Shown: positions 48,164 to 57,727 of the stretch, in pieces
How the letters are laid out: each line of letters starts with the position of its first letter
How positions within the stretch are numbered: position 1 is the first letter of the stretch
The notes under the pieces: generated by a model
What the model was told of the DNA's origin: nothing
The model's database searches: none
What the model saw: only the letters and a program-made list of their open reading frames with translations
Made by a program: the position numbers and the translations under genes
Origin: a virus
Reading direction: 5' to 3' (one strand)
Virus record (IMG/VR): IMGVR_UViG_3300046457_000143
Coordinates: 1 to 64,000 of that record
Length of the DNA stretch: 64,000 nucleotides

Positions 48164-48679
48164 TTACTGCGGGTCGTCGAAGACGGGGATGCGCTGCGGT
48201 ACGAACTGTTCGAGGTTGGCCTTGAAGTAGTCCGGTCCCTTCATGATCTTGCCGTTGGCGTCCACGATGGCCTTGCCATCGACGAACTTCGACCAGTTGG
48301 AGTCGTTGACTTCAGCGAGTGCTTCGACAACCGGGAAACCGCAATGCTGGCCCACACCGGAGGCGGTGACCACCTGATCGCACAGTGAGTCCAGAAAGTC
48401 CTTGCGGTCTTCCGGCAGGACCGTGATGACACGATCGTTCGCTTTCAGGTGACTGGCTAATGCCTTGAGGGCAACTCTCGCCTCGTGCAGTAGCACCGCA
48501 GTCTGGGGATTACACGGAGTAATCTCATCGACCATTTCACCAACTTCTTCGAAGTGGACGCCGGTTTGCGTATGGAACTGCTTGCTGGTTGGATTTGGAC
48601 GGGCTTCCTTGAACCAGTCAAGAGTTGCGCTCAGGGTATTACTTTGCTGTTTTTGGTCTTGGTTTGACACTTGAATCAC
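48164..48679 (-). CDS. MazG-like/all-alpha NTP pyrophosphohydrolase
   Basis: EEVGE; DSLCD; EVNDSNWSK; GKIMKGPDY. Confidence 0.85.
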   Translation of the reverse strand: MIQVSNQDQKQQSNTLSATLDWFKEARPNPTSKQFHTQTGVHFEEVGEMVDEITPCNPQTAVLLHEARVALKALASHLKANDRVITVLPEDRKDFLDSLCDQVVTASGVGQHCGFPVVEALAEVNDSNWSKFVDGKAIVDANGKIMKGPDYFKANLEQFVPQRIPVFDDPQ

Positions 48680-48977
48680 CGTTGGCTAGGAACTCCTTGA
48701 CCAACAGGTTGCGCACAAGATCCTTGATCGAGATATGCGGCCCTAGTTGTTTGACCAACCAGTCCTGTTGTTTTGGAGTTAATGATTTAAAGACATCCTC
48801 CATAAAGGTGCGTCGAGTGTCAGCAGGGCTGATCCCAAGTGCCTTTAAGCGGAGGGTGATCGTTGTTGGATGACACTCCAACAGCTTTGCAATGGTGGAC
48901 AAGGACAATCCGACGCTGTTTAGTCGGATGATGTCCTCGTCCGTTGCCTTTCGGTTAGCCCGGTAGACGCCTGACAT
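48639..48977 (-). CDS. Helix-turn-helix DNA-binding protein
   Basis: GLSLSTIAKLLECHPTTITLRL; GAGGAG RBS. Confidence 0.8.
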   Translation of the reverse strand: MSGVYRANRKATDEDIIRLNSVGLSLSTIAKLLECHPTTITLRLKALGISPADTRRTFMEDVFKSLTPKQQDWLVKQLGPHISIKDLVRNLLVKEFLANGDSSVKPRPKTAK

Positions 48978-49068
48978 GACTGTGAATCTCCTCAAAATAA
49001 CCTCTAGTTTGACATGACTAGAACTATCTTGGAAGTCAAGCAGGTTTACTGTGGCTTACCGCACAAAG

Positions 49069-51090
49069 CTAGGCAGCCAACTTCTTCTTGAGGCGGTAGA
49101 CCTGGTCCTTAGACAGGCCCGTCTTTCTGGCCACCTCGATGTTGCTAAGTCCCTGATCAAGCAGGGCAAGTGCTTCCGTCTGCTTGTCCCCGGTGGTGAT
49201 CACCTCGGTCTTCTGGCCCTTGGGGGTGCTTTTGCTCACGGCCTTCACAGGCTTGGGAGCGTTTACCGGTGCGGGTTTCGCGCCGAGTACTGCATCGAGT
49301 GTGACGGCTGTGTTCTCCGGCAGACCCAATGCTGTCCAGCTCTTGCGGGACTGCTTCTTGAGTGCCTTCAGATCTTGCGCAGCTGCCGCACGTTCGATTT
49401 CAGTTTTTGCCTTGTTGACTGCCTGAAGGAGGGCGGTAGCCTTGTCTTTCTGGCTCAACGTGCCGGTGCTTTCCACGGTCGATTCTGCCTTGTCCCCCAA
49501 TGTTTCTTTGGGGTCATTTGACATAATAAAGATTATCGAAGCCAAATCGTGGGGCTGTTCGGCAGGGGTTTCCGGTGCCTCGACAGCCGGCTTGACCAGA
49601 TCTTCAGCCTTGACATCGGGCGCTACCGGCAGCTTCGCCTCCAGTGCTTCGGTCATGTCGAGTGCCGAGGCGGCACCGCTGATCGGCGCCGGGATCTGTT
49701 CCGCTGAACGCAGGCCCGTGTCCGTGTAGGTCACGTTGGTGCCGCTGTGGCCGCCGACTTCGACGAGCTGCGTGATACCGATGTGGTTGCCACGCAGCAC
49801 GTTGTTCAGCAGCACCGCGCCTTCCGGATCCTGCGAGATCGACACACCCTGATCCACCAGTTGACGCAGTCTGTCCGGCAGCTCAGCGAGGATGTGGTAA
49901 CCCGCCACCCGCATCTTCGTGTGCTCGTACTCCGGCACCGCAAACACGTCTTCCGGACGGAGCTTGGCCATGATCGTCACGTTGCCGCTGAAGCTGCGCA
50001 CGTAGCTCATCACGCCTACATGCAGACCGTTCGAGCACGAGTTGCGGCGGTTCGGATCGACCAGGTGCGGCAACAGGTAGACGTAGCTGCCGACCTTCTG
50101 ACGGATCTTGCCCGTGTGCACGTCGACGAAGACACCCTTCTCGGCACGGTTCAGCTTCTTGTAGATGACGATGGAACCGTCATCGGCAATCGGCAGATCG
50201 CCCTTCTCGATGAATTTCATCAGGTCTTCGACGCTGTGCCCACGCTGGTCGATGATGGCCGACAGGCGCTCGATGAAGCGCGTGAATCCAGCGTAGTTCT
50301 GGAGCTTCTCCGACTGGCGAAGGTGACGGGCGAGCTTCTGCGCATCCGGCACGATGGCACCGGTCTCCGTGTGCAGGGCGACGATCGTTTCCGTCTTCTC
50401 GTCGAGCGGCGTGTGAAACTCGGCACGCTCCGTGCCCACACTGTTGCCGACCAGCTGCTGCATGCGGTCTTTTGCGACCGCCAGCTTTTCGGCATTGGTC
50501 ACTTCCCTGACGTACCCGGTGGCAGGATCGACCTTGACGCTGAGGTTTGTCGGGTAGACTAGCGTGGCCTGACCGGTAGTTGCGTTTTCCTTTTGCGTAG
50601 CCGTAGCTTCATCAGCCACAGCCGGCGTCGGATCTGCAGGTTCATCCTCTTCCTTGGTTCCCTGGTTCGTCGCTTCCTTGGGCACATGGTGAATGCCCAT
50701 GCCCGAGTCCACCACTTCGAACTTCGACTCCGGCTGGCCCGGAAATACGCCGATCGAGAGCGGCGAGATGTACGCCACTTCTTCCGGCACGGCCACCGGC
50801 GACTCCGTGTTGACGAGCTTCTTCAGGAAGCTCTTGGCCACCTTGAAGAACTTGATCACACCACCGGTACCCTTCTCCGCTGCGCCGAACTCGCTGCGCA
50901 CGATGTGCACCGGCGTGATATCGACAGCTGCCGGCTTTCCCTGTGCGAGCAGCTCCTTGGAGGCACTCACGATACCCGGCAGGCGTGCATCACCCTGAGC
51001 CAGGGTGAGCGTGCTGCCGTCCTGGAAATACAGCACGGCGTAACGGGTATCGACCGACAGTGCCACGATGGTGACGAGGTTATTGTTCAT
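49069..51090 (-). CDS. rIIB: rIIB-like protein
   Basis: LPIADDGSIVIYKK; VDPNRRNSCSNGLHV; PEDVFAVP...KMRV; C-terminal HTH. Confidence 0.88.
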   Translation of the reverse strand: MNNNLVTIVALSVDTRYAVLYFQDGSTLTLAQGDARLPGIVSASKELLAQGKPAAVDITPVHIVRSEFGAAEKGTGGVIKFFKVAKSFLKKLVNTESPVAVPEEVAYISPLSIGVFPGQPESKFEVVDSGMGIHHVPKEATNQGTKEEDEPADPTPAVADEATATQKENATTGQATLVYPTNLSVKVDPATGYVREVTNAEKLAVAKDRMQQLVGNSVGTERAEFHTPLDEKTETIVALHTETGAIVPDAQKLARHLRQSEKLQNYAGFTRFIERLSAIIDQRGHSVEDLMKFIEKGDLPIADDGSIVIYKKLNRAEKGVFVDVHTGKIRQKVGSYVYLLPHLVDPNRRNSCSNGLHVGVMSYVRSFSGNVTIMAKLRPEDVFAVPEYEHTKMRVAGYHILAELPDRLRQLVDQGVSISQDPEGAVLLNNVLRGNHIGITQLVEVGGHSGTNVTYTDTGLRSAEQIPAPISGAASALDMTEALEAKLPVAPDVKAEDLVKPAVEAPETPAEQPHDLASIIFIMSNDPKETLGDKAESTVESTGTLSQKDKATALLQAVNKAKTEIERAAAAQDLKALKKQSRKSWTALGLPENTAVTLDAVLGAKPAPVNAPKPVKAVSKSTPKGQKTEVITTGDKQTEALALLDQGLSNIEVARKTGLSKDQVYRLKKKLAA

Positions 51091-53569
51091 CTGCTTTTCC
51101 TTTCATGGCGCTCATGACGAGCGATTTGATTGCCGCTTTGCGGTCGGGAAACTTCTTGATCATTTCAAGCGGTTCGCTGAACGTGAAAAGGAACCGGCCG
51201 AGCATTTCGTCCTTCTTGATGAGCTGCACCTTCTGGACGAAAGCCGGCTCTTCCAGCTTCTGCTGCTTGATGGCAAGGATCGGTGCACAGTCATCGGCCG
51301 ACTTGCCGAGGTAGCTGGCAAGGTCGCTGACCTTCGCGTATTCGAGGCGATTGCACAGACGCTCCATCGCCGGATCGACACGCAACTTGTCGTAGCCGGG
51401 CAGCTTCACGCCGAGGTACTGCAGCAGCTCAACCTGATCCGGACGAACGTTGTACTGTTCTTCCAGCGCATTGAGCCGATGCTTGGTGCGGTACGTGGTG
51501 AATGCCGGATCCTGCACTGCATCCCACAGCTTGCGGCCGAGGTAGCGGGTGACATCGATGGCCCCACGCTTGATGGCCATGTTCTTCTCGATGCCGTTGC
51601 GCACGACCACACCGTGTTCCCTCTCCTCCTGGCTCAGATCCACGTAACCACCGTAGTGACTGAGCGAACCAGTGGAAGAGACACTGTCCACGTCGATATA
51701 GAAAAGCGGCGTGTCAGTCGTCACCAGGCCAGACTTCATCTGCTTGATGCGGTAGATGTCCATCTTGCGAACACCCTCGTCCGTGTAGACGTTCGAGAGC
51801 GACATCAGCGCATTGGCCGTCTTCTGCTTCGACCCGGTAGCAACCGTCACCGGACTCTTGCGATTGGCGTTGCGCCGCTCGTTTTCCTCCCGGATCTCCG
51901 CTGCTCCGTCATCCCACTCATGGTTGAGTGTCAGGTCAACGACCGTCATCCCGGCATCGGTAAATGCCTTGACGATGGCGTCCTTGTTCTTGCAGATCGG
52001 CTCGATCTTGTAGACCCAGGTCTGCGGACGTTCCATGATCGCCATGTCCGGGCAGCACTCGATGCTCATCTGGAGCTTGCGGGTGCGACTCGTCACGAAC
52101 ACGGTCGGCCGGTCGATGAGCATCCGGATCCGGTCGAACTCCTCGACATCCATGTAGCTCATCAGGGGTTGCCACCTGACCACAGCACCGGAGTGGATGA
52201 ACCGTTTGGCGTGGTACATCTGCTCGGGCTTGAGCAGTTCCCGGTTCGCCAGGAACACACGCGAGAGTGGGCGCAGGATGAAGTGACGGGCAAAGGCCTG
52301 CTTCATCTCGACCTGGCGCGTCCAGTGTGCACCCCGAAGACGGGTACGCAGGTGGTGATAGGCCTTCGTGGCGGCCTTGTTGCTGAAGACCGTCGCACGC
52401 TTGAAACCTGCATGCTCGGCTTCCCGCAAGGCACGCTCGTACTTCGCCCACTTCGCTGCACCGATCGGGTTGGACAGATATCGCTGCACCGCATACGGCT
52501 CGATGAAGTTGGAGAGGGGTGCCCGCGCTTCCAGTGTCTGGCGACTGGACAGTCCCTGCTTCAGCTTGTCGATGGCGTTTTTGATCGCACCGGGGATCTG
52601 CCTGAGAATGTCTTCCTCGATGCGGGCAACGAGGGCGACACACAGATCGACAATGCCGTTCTCCGTCATCTTCGAGCTCGAGAGCGACTCACGGGAAGGC
52701 GTGAGTGCCAGCGTGCCTGGTGCGGCCTGGATGACCATACGGCCGAAGCCGACGATCTCCATGAACTCCAGCAGGAGCTTGGTGGCCTCATGCGTGCCTG
52801 GCGTCATCAGCATCGGGTAGATCACCGCACCGTAACGCACGAACAGCTTGTGGTTGCCCATGTAACGGTCGTACCAGTTGTCGCTGTTCACATCGTAGGA
52901 ACCAGGAGTGGAATCCAGCCCCAGGATCCTGAGCTTCATCGGCTCTTCGAAGTGACCTTCACGCATGAGCGTGGCGTTCATGTCGCCGTGCATCACCACG
53001 TAACGGATGTAGAGCAGGATCTGGTCGACGTGTTCTGCCTGCAACTGGATCCTGACCGTGATGCCGCTTTCTTCGGTCGGCACCGACATGACTGTCTGGA
53101 TGGCTGGCAGGCCACCCGTTTCAACGCTGGCTTTCGTCAGGTTGTAGATGGTCTTCGTTCCCTGGTTCTGGTTGATCACCCGGAACGATTCGACATAGGC
53201 CCACGGCGACTTGGCACCGAGGCCAAAACCACCGGTGACCATGAGCTTCTTGCGCTTGTCGCTGCCGCCATACGTGCCATAGACGACCGGGAACTTCTCC
53301 TTGGGGATGCCAAGGCCGGCGTCCTTGATGACCAGCTCCAGTGACTCGGTGATGGTGATCTGCAGCGGCGTGTCCGTCGTGCCAGCTTCGATGTTGGCGT
53401 CCCATGCGTTGCACAGGACTTCACGGATCATGGCGAGCTGCTGGTTCGAGTACAGGTTGGACGAAAGCATCATCAGGAAGCCTGCGTCCTCGACCATGCC
53501 AACCGCTACTGTTTCCTGCGCACCGAGCGTGGCTGCGGTGGCTTGCCCTTGGGCGTCTGCGACTTCCAT
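51080..53569 (-). CDS. rIIA: rIIA-like protein (GHKL ATPase N-terminus)
   Basis: LYSN..AMIREVLCNAWDA; DAGLGI; GGFGLGAKSPWAY. Confidence 0.9.
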   Translation of the reverse strand: MEVADAQGQATAATLGAQETVAVGMVEDAGFLMMLSSNLYSNQQLAMIREVLCNAWDANIEAGTTDTPLQITITESLELVIKDAGLGIPKEKFPVVYGTYGGSDKRKKLMVTGGFGLGAKSPWAYVESFRVINQNQGTKTIYNLTKASVETGGLPAIQTVMSVPTEESGITVRIQLQAEHVDQILLYIRYVVMHGDMNATLMREGHFEEPMKLRILGLDSTPGSYDVNSDNWYDRYMGNHKLFVRYGAVIYPMLMTPGTHEATKLLLEFMEIVGFGRMVIQAAPGTLALTPSRESLSSSKMTENGIVDLCVALVARIEEDILRQIPGAIKNAIDKLKQGLSSRQTLEARAPLSNFIEPYAVQRYLSNPIGAAKWAKYERALREAEHAGFKRATVFSNKAATKAYHHLRTRLRGAHWTRQVEMKQAFARHFILRPLSRVFLANRELLKPEQMYHAKRFIHSGAVVRWQPLMSYMDVEEFDRIRMLIDRPTVFVTSRTRKLQMSIECCPDMAIMERPQTWVYKIEPICKNKDAIVKAFTDAGMTVVDLTLNHEWDDGAAEIREENERRNANRKSPVTVATGSKQKTANALMSLSNVYTDEGVRKMDIYRIKQMKSGLVTTDTPLFYIDVDSVSSTGSLSHYGGYVDLSQEEREHGVVVRNGIEKNMAIKRGAIDVTRYLGRKLWDAVQDPAFTTYRTKHRLNALEEQYNVRPDQVELLQYLGVKLPGYDKLRVDPAMERLCNRLEYAKVSDLASYLGKSADDCAPILAIKQQKLEEPAFVQKVQLIKKDEMLGRFLFTFSEPLEMIKKFPDRKAAIKSLVMSAMKGKADEQ

Positions 53570-53572
53570 TTG

Positions 53573-53911
53573 CTAGTTCCTTGTGAGAGGGGTGAATTGA
53601 AACTTGAGAGGCGGTTTGTAGTGCTCTTCCCAATCGGCATCGACGATCCAGCTGCGTACCCATGCAGGCTCGTGGGACCGGCGTAATCCGTGCTCGTCTA
53701 TGAACGACTCGATAGACGGGTGTTGCATTTCGACGTAGTGCCTGAACGGCGGCTGGGCCTGGTCATGCGGAAACGGCAGCAGGACAAAGCCATGCAGGGC
53801 CAGCGCCAGGATCATCTGGTTGTTCCATTCGGCGCCCCCGTTGTTCCAGCCGGGGCCAGTGCCGACAAACACCTTGTCTATCGTTTCTCGGTACTCCTGT
53901 TCGGTTTTCAT
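53573..53911 (-). CDS. Hypothetical protein
   Basis: AAGGAG RBS; downstream of promoter motif. Confidence 0.7.
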   Translation of the reverse strand: MKTEQEYRETIDKVFVGTGPGWNNGGAEWNNQMILALALHGFVLLPFPHDQAQPPFRHYVEMQHPSIESFIDEHGLRRSHEPAWVRSWIVDADWEEHYKPPLKFQFTPLTRN

Positions 53912-53936
53912 GGTGGGTTTCTCCTTTGAGTAGCTA

Positions 53937-53955
53937 CCTCAAAGAAATATCTAAT
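53937..53955 (-). promoter_or_regulatory. Candidate middle promoter (copy 2)
   Basis: CCTCAAAgaaATATCTAAT on + strand. Confidence 0.6.
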
Positions 53956-53963
53956 CAAAGGAC

Positions 53964-53994
53964 AAAAAAGAGGGGCACCGGTTAAAGTGCCCCT
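53964..53994 (-). terminator. Rho-independent terminator downstream of thyX
   Basis: AGGGGCAC-loop-GTGCCCCT followed by CTTTTTT on - strand. Confidence 0.8.
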
Positions 53995-54058
53995 AAAACG
54001 GTTGGCATGTTGGGGCTTGCACCCCGAAAAAACAATTCAACCTCCCACAAACTTAATT

Positions 54059-55045
54059 CTAACCAGGTACGAACTCTCCCGGCAACATCTTTCGGTACTG
54101 TTGCCATCCGGTGAAGTTGCCGTGCAGCTCCGGATGCTTGTAGGCAGGCCCAAGTGTCCGGGGGTCCGCGTAGGTGAAAACTTCGTCCGGTGTGGCCTGA
54201 TGCTCTGCCGGCGAAGCGTGCAGCGGCTCGGCCACCACCAGCCTGTCATGCAGGCCGGCGTCTTCCTCGACGGTGGTCCTGCGGCCGTCATGGGTGAGAT
54301 AGCTGACACGGGCACAGCGGGCGGTACTGACCTTGCGTAGCACCTTGTAGATCTCTTCCTTGCGAGGCATGTCGCGGGTGGCGCGGCCTTCCTGGCAATA
54401 CCGGGTAGCTTCGACCCAGTCTTCAGCGAGGTTGATGTAGGGCAGGTGCCACTCGCCTACATTGACCAGCTGGGGAACTGACAGCAGCATCGCGTGCTGC
54501 ATCAGGTCTGACAGCTCCTTGATCTCCGGCTGCGCATCGGCATGCGAGCGGAGATTGAAGAAGTTGGCATAGCTCGTGGCCGTACAGACCACATTGATGT
54601 GTGCCCATGGTTCGAGCAGCCGGTTAGCGATCTGCTTGTGCAAGCCGATTTCCATCATCGCTTTCACATGCTTGACCACGTCATCCAGTGCATCGAGCCA
54701 GTGACAGGAAGCGAGCAGCTTTGCTTCCGGGTCCAGCTCTTCACGGGCCTGCATGCCCGGTTGATTCTTACCCCAGTGCAGCGGTACGACAGGATCACGC
54801 AGAATGTCCTCGATCATCCGGTTCACCGGAATGGCACGGCTGGATGAGGCATTGCGTGAAAAACCCTTGTCGTACATCAGCCCGTCATGCAGCGCTTCGT
54901 AGATGACCGCCTCCGGAGTCGAACTCAGGATGCGGTGCGTCAGCTCTTCCGCATGAATGAATCGCGGATAGCGAAGCTGGAACGTAGTCAACCGCTGGCC
55001 AGAGGGGCTGATGGAGTCTGCAATGGTTTTGACGGTGATGGTCAT
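54059..55045 (-). CDS. thyX: Flavin-dependent thymidylate synthase
   Basis: YPRFIHAEELTHR; SRNASSSRAIP; HKQIANRLLEP; SY...HASPAEHQA. Confidence 0.9.
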   Translation of the reverse strand: MTITVKTIADSISPSGQRLTTFQLRYPRFIHAEELTHRILSSTPEAVIYEALHDGLMYDKGFSRNASSSRAIPVNRMIEDILRDPVVPLHWGKNQPGMQAREELDPEAKLLASCHWLDALDDVVKHVKAMMEIGLHKQIANRLLEPWAHINVVCTATSYANFFNLRSHADAQPEIKELSDLMQHAMLLSVPQLVNVGEWHLPYINLAEDWVEATRYCQEGRATRDMPRKEEIYKVLRKVSTARCARVSYLTHDGRRTTVEEDAGLHDRLVVAEPLHASPAEHQATPDEVFTYADPRTLGPAYKHPELHGNFTGWQQYRKMLPGEFVPG

Positions 55046-55530
55046 TGATAACGGTCCTTCAATAGACGGAGATTGTTCAGGGTGAATTGAATCCCGCCTA
55101 CGAACCCCTGCACCTGTTGATACATCTCAAGTTGCTGCCGTCTTGTGGTTGCGGCCTGGAGATCGTCGGTGAGGTTCAACGCTGCTTTTAACTGTCCCAG
55201 CTCGTCCCCGTTACAACCGAACTTGCCGAGACGTTCGTACCGCTCACCCACGGCGATAAGGCTGCCCAAAGCAGGCAAGAAGACTTCTTTCTCAAGAGTC
55301 TGCTTACCTTCTTCGTCAGCGAACGCTGCGAGTGATGCCCCGACCAGTGTCCGGAAGGACACGGTCAGGTACTCTTCTTCCCCGCCCCGGCCTTGCACAA
55401 TCGCTTCCAGATGTGCGTGGGGAATCAGTGCGAGATTCAGCTCCTCCTCCTTGCTGTTGCGAAAGAGGATCGACTGACGCACGAACTTCTTGCGTGACTG
55501 GTGAAATTGGGGGCGTGGCATATCAATCAA
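55042..55530 (-). CDS. Hypothetical helical protein
   Basis: Coupled ORF; ERYERLGKFGCNGDEL motif. Confidence 0.7.
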   Translation of the reverse strand: MIDMPRPQFHQSRKKFVRQSILFRNSKEEELNLALIPHAHLEAIVQGRGGEEEYLTVSFRTLVGASLAAFADEEGKQTLEKEVFLPALGSLIAVGERYERLGKFGCNGDELGQLKAALNLTDDLQAATTRRQQLEMYQQVQGFVGGIQFTLNNLRLLKDRYQ

Positions 55531-55769
55531 CCTTTCTTGTAAAGCGGTGTTCCAACTGGAACGTCTTCAGCCTTGTAGACCACAATGGTCCAGGCATCGG
55601 TACCCGGCATGGCACTGGCAACGCCTGCCTGCTTGAAACCTTCCGGATGCTCCGGGACTGGCAGACCCAGTTCCTTGCGGCAGCGGCCCACAGCACCCAG
55701 GATTAGCTGGGCGGCCGCCTCGACACCGTCAGTGAAGGTGGTGGCTGCCTGTTTATCTTTCTGGATCAT
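55527..55769 (-). CDS. Hypothetical protein
   Basis: Coupled ORF with GGAG RBS; PVGTPLY tail. Confidence 0.65.
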   Translation of the reverse strand: MIQKDKQAATTFTDGVEAAAQLILGAVGRCRKELGLPVPEHPEGFKQAGVASAMPGTDAWTIVVYKAEDVPVGTPLYKKG

Positions 55770-55776
55770 TGACTGA

Positions 55777-55995
55777 TCACTCCCAGCCTGCGATTTCGGT
55801 CACACGGGCGAGCTCGTCTTCCGTCACCTGTTCCGGCTCTCCTGCTGCAGCCAGATCGTTCATGAAGTCGTGCAGCTTGTCGCTGGCCCGATCGCTGATG
55901 CCATCCGGGCACAGCGCCTTCTCAAGCGCACCGAGTGCACCCCAGTACGCTATGCGTGCAGCGACGGCCGCACGTAACAGTTCAAGGTTGTCCAT
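55777..55995 (-). CDS. Hypothetical protein
   Basis: AAGGA RBS; tiles with neighbouring genes. Confidence 0.65.
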   Translation of the reverse strand: MDNLELLRAAVAARIAYWGALGALEKALCPDGISDRASDKLHDFMNDLAAAGEPEQVTEDELARVTEIAGWE

Positions 55996-56143
55996 CTTTA
56001 CGTCCTTCGAGTTTGGCCAGATCCTTTTCGCACTGCTCGTAGATGGCCTTGGCCTTGGCTTGATCGCCGTCTTCGAGCGCCTGGTAGAGCTGCGAGCCGG
56101 GAGCGACCTTCACATCCCGGTACGTCTTGCAGTTGCGGTGCAT
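55982..56143 (-). CDS. Hypothetical protein, 53 aa (missing from ORF track)
   Basis: MHRNCKTYRDVKVAPGSQLYQALEDGDQAKAKAIYEQCEKDLAKLEGRKDGQP; GGAGG RBS; TGATG coupling. Confidence 0.7.
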   Translation of the reverse strand: MHRNCKTYRDVKVAPGSQLYQALEDGDQAKAKAIYEQCEKDLAKLEGRKDGQP

Positions 56144-56634
56144 CAGAACCTCCGTTTTCCCTGATAGAAGGCGAGCTTGGCTTTCGCCCGCTCGGTTTTC
56201 TTGCTGGCCAGGGCGCCGTTCTTTGCCCTTGGTTCCGGTTCATCCTGAGCCAGCGGAGGAAGACGGGCTTCCATGGCCAGCAGCTCGTCGATCAGACCGG
56301 GGTTGCTGAACGGTCCCTGAACGCCGATCCCTTTGATTCGTACCGGCTCGGTGTAGATGTCGTCGATGATCATCATCTGGACCTCACCTTTTTCCATCCA
56401 GATCTTGCGGCCGATGCACACCGAGGTGAGGTCACCGTAGCCAGGCGTGGCGAAGTCCACGCCCAACACAAGCTGTTCGAGAAAGGACTTGCCAGGTTCG
56501 CGGATCTGCGAAGCGAGCATGCGTTTCTCGATCTCTGCAAAGTCGAGCTGGTCGAGCCATTCGAGCGTCCTGCGGTGATAGTTCTCCAGCATGATCTCGG
56601 GCTTGTAGAGGGAGACGAATTCGCTGAATTTCAT
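56143..56634 (-). CDS. Hypothetical protein
   Basis: ATGA coupling; LDFAEIEKR motif. Confidence 0.65.
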   Translation of the reverse strand: MKFSEFVSLYKPEIMLENYHRRTLEWLDQLDFAEIEKRMLASQIREPGKSFLEQLVLGVDFATPGYGDLTSVCIGRKIWMEKGEVQMMIIDDIYTEPVRIKGIGVQGPFSNPGLIDELLAMEARLPPLAQDEPEPRAKNGALASKKTERAKAKLAFYQGKRRF

Positions 56635-56870
56635 TCGTCCACCAGCGTGCACATGTTGACCGGCCAGAGCCCGCCGTCTTCGTCGACCACGAGCATCACG
56701 CCGTTGGCGTTCGTGCGCGTGAGCTGGCTGTTCCAGTCCACCACGCTGCCGCTGCCGCCGCTGTAGTCCGGCACACCAGCATCGCTCCAGCCCGTCACTT
56801 CCGCCGTCACGTTCACGGTATCCGCGGTGCCCACGATGCGCAGCCCGGTGGGTGCTCTCATCTGTTTCAT
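56631..56870 (-). CDS. Hypothetical protein
   Basis: GGAG RBS; genome-typical codon usage. Confidence 0.7.
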   Translation of the reverse strand: MKQMRAPTGLRIVGTADTVNVTAEVTGWSDAGVPDYSGGSGSVVDWNSQLTRTNANGVMLVVDEDGGLWPVNMCTLVDE

Positions 56871-56879
56871 CCCTGGCTC

Positions 56880-57194
56880 CTAGCTGTGGTGGGTGTATTT
56901 CGTACCGTCTTCACGGGAGACGGCTGCCATCGTGAAGCCACGCGTGCCCTGCGGAGCGTCGGCATCGCGGTACGTCAGACAGACCTCTACATCGTCCATG
57001 CCCGACTTGCCGACCTGAATGCCACCGTTGACATGGGAATCCTTGGTCGAGCTGGTCATTCCGTAGAACACCATGTAGCCGAGCGCCTTGAGAAAGGCTT
57101 CGTGTTGCTGCGCTGCCTGGGGGAACTTGCCGTGATCGAAGACCAGCTTCTCGCTGTCGAAGTGGATCTCGAGAGTCCGTTTGACGAATGCCAT
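56880..57194 (-). CDS. Hypothetical protein
   Basis: AAGGAG RBS. Confidence 0.7.
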   Translation of the reverse strand: MAFVKRTLEIHFDSEKLVFDHGKFPQAAQQHEAFLKALGYMVFYGMTSSTKDSHVNGGIQVGKSGMDDVEVCLTYRDADAPQGTRGFTMAAVSREDGTKYTHHS

Positions 57195-57209
57195 GTCCTG
57201 CTCCTTGGT

Positions 57210-57665
57210 TCAGGCCGCTACTGCGTCCTGTGCAACTTCGATCGGCATGTGGTAGATCGGGCAATTGCCGTCCTTTTCCTCGCCGTACCAGCACAACAGG
57301 TGTTGGCCCGCCTGGTTGCGCTTCCACATCTTGCCGGGGTACACACCGGAAGGGATCGACGTGTCGTAGCTCGATAGCTTCTTGAAGTCCTGCGGATCGA
57401 GCAGTGCCTTGCCGTCACGGATGAAAATCATCTGACGGTCAGGCTGCGACCAGTGTTTGCCGAGCGGATCGGTCATCTCGGGGATGATGTCGACACCGTT
57501 CATCGGCTTGGCCGTACCGTCGATCGCTTCCTTGCGCTTGACATCGGCACGCACGTTGCGAATGTGTTGCAGCAGGCTTTCCTCGCTGAACGGATGGCCT
57601 TCGATGGTGTGGTGGTTGCCCAGCCACGTCTCAATCTGGTCCAGCAGTTTGTCGTTCGTCTTCAC
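57210..57665 (-). CDS. Hypothetical phage protein (GTG start at 57665 preferred over 57713)
   Basis: GGGAG RBS; IPEMTDPLGKHWSQP...YDTSIPSGVYPGKMWK. Confidence 0.7.
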   Translation of the reverse strand: MKTNDKLLDQIETWLGNHHTIEGHPFSEESLLQHIRNVRADVKRKEAIDGTAKPMNGVDIIPEMTDPLGKHWSQPDRQMIFIRDGKALLDPQDFKKLSSYDTSIPSGVYPGKMWKRNQAGQHLLCWYGEEKDGNCPIYHMPIEVAQDAVAA

Positions 57666-57727
57666 TGATTTCTCCCGTTTACCAATAGAAAAGGGGCGAG
57701 AATCTTTCGACACTCACCCCTGATGAA

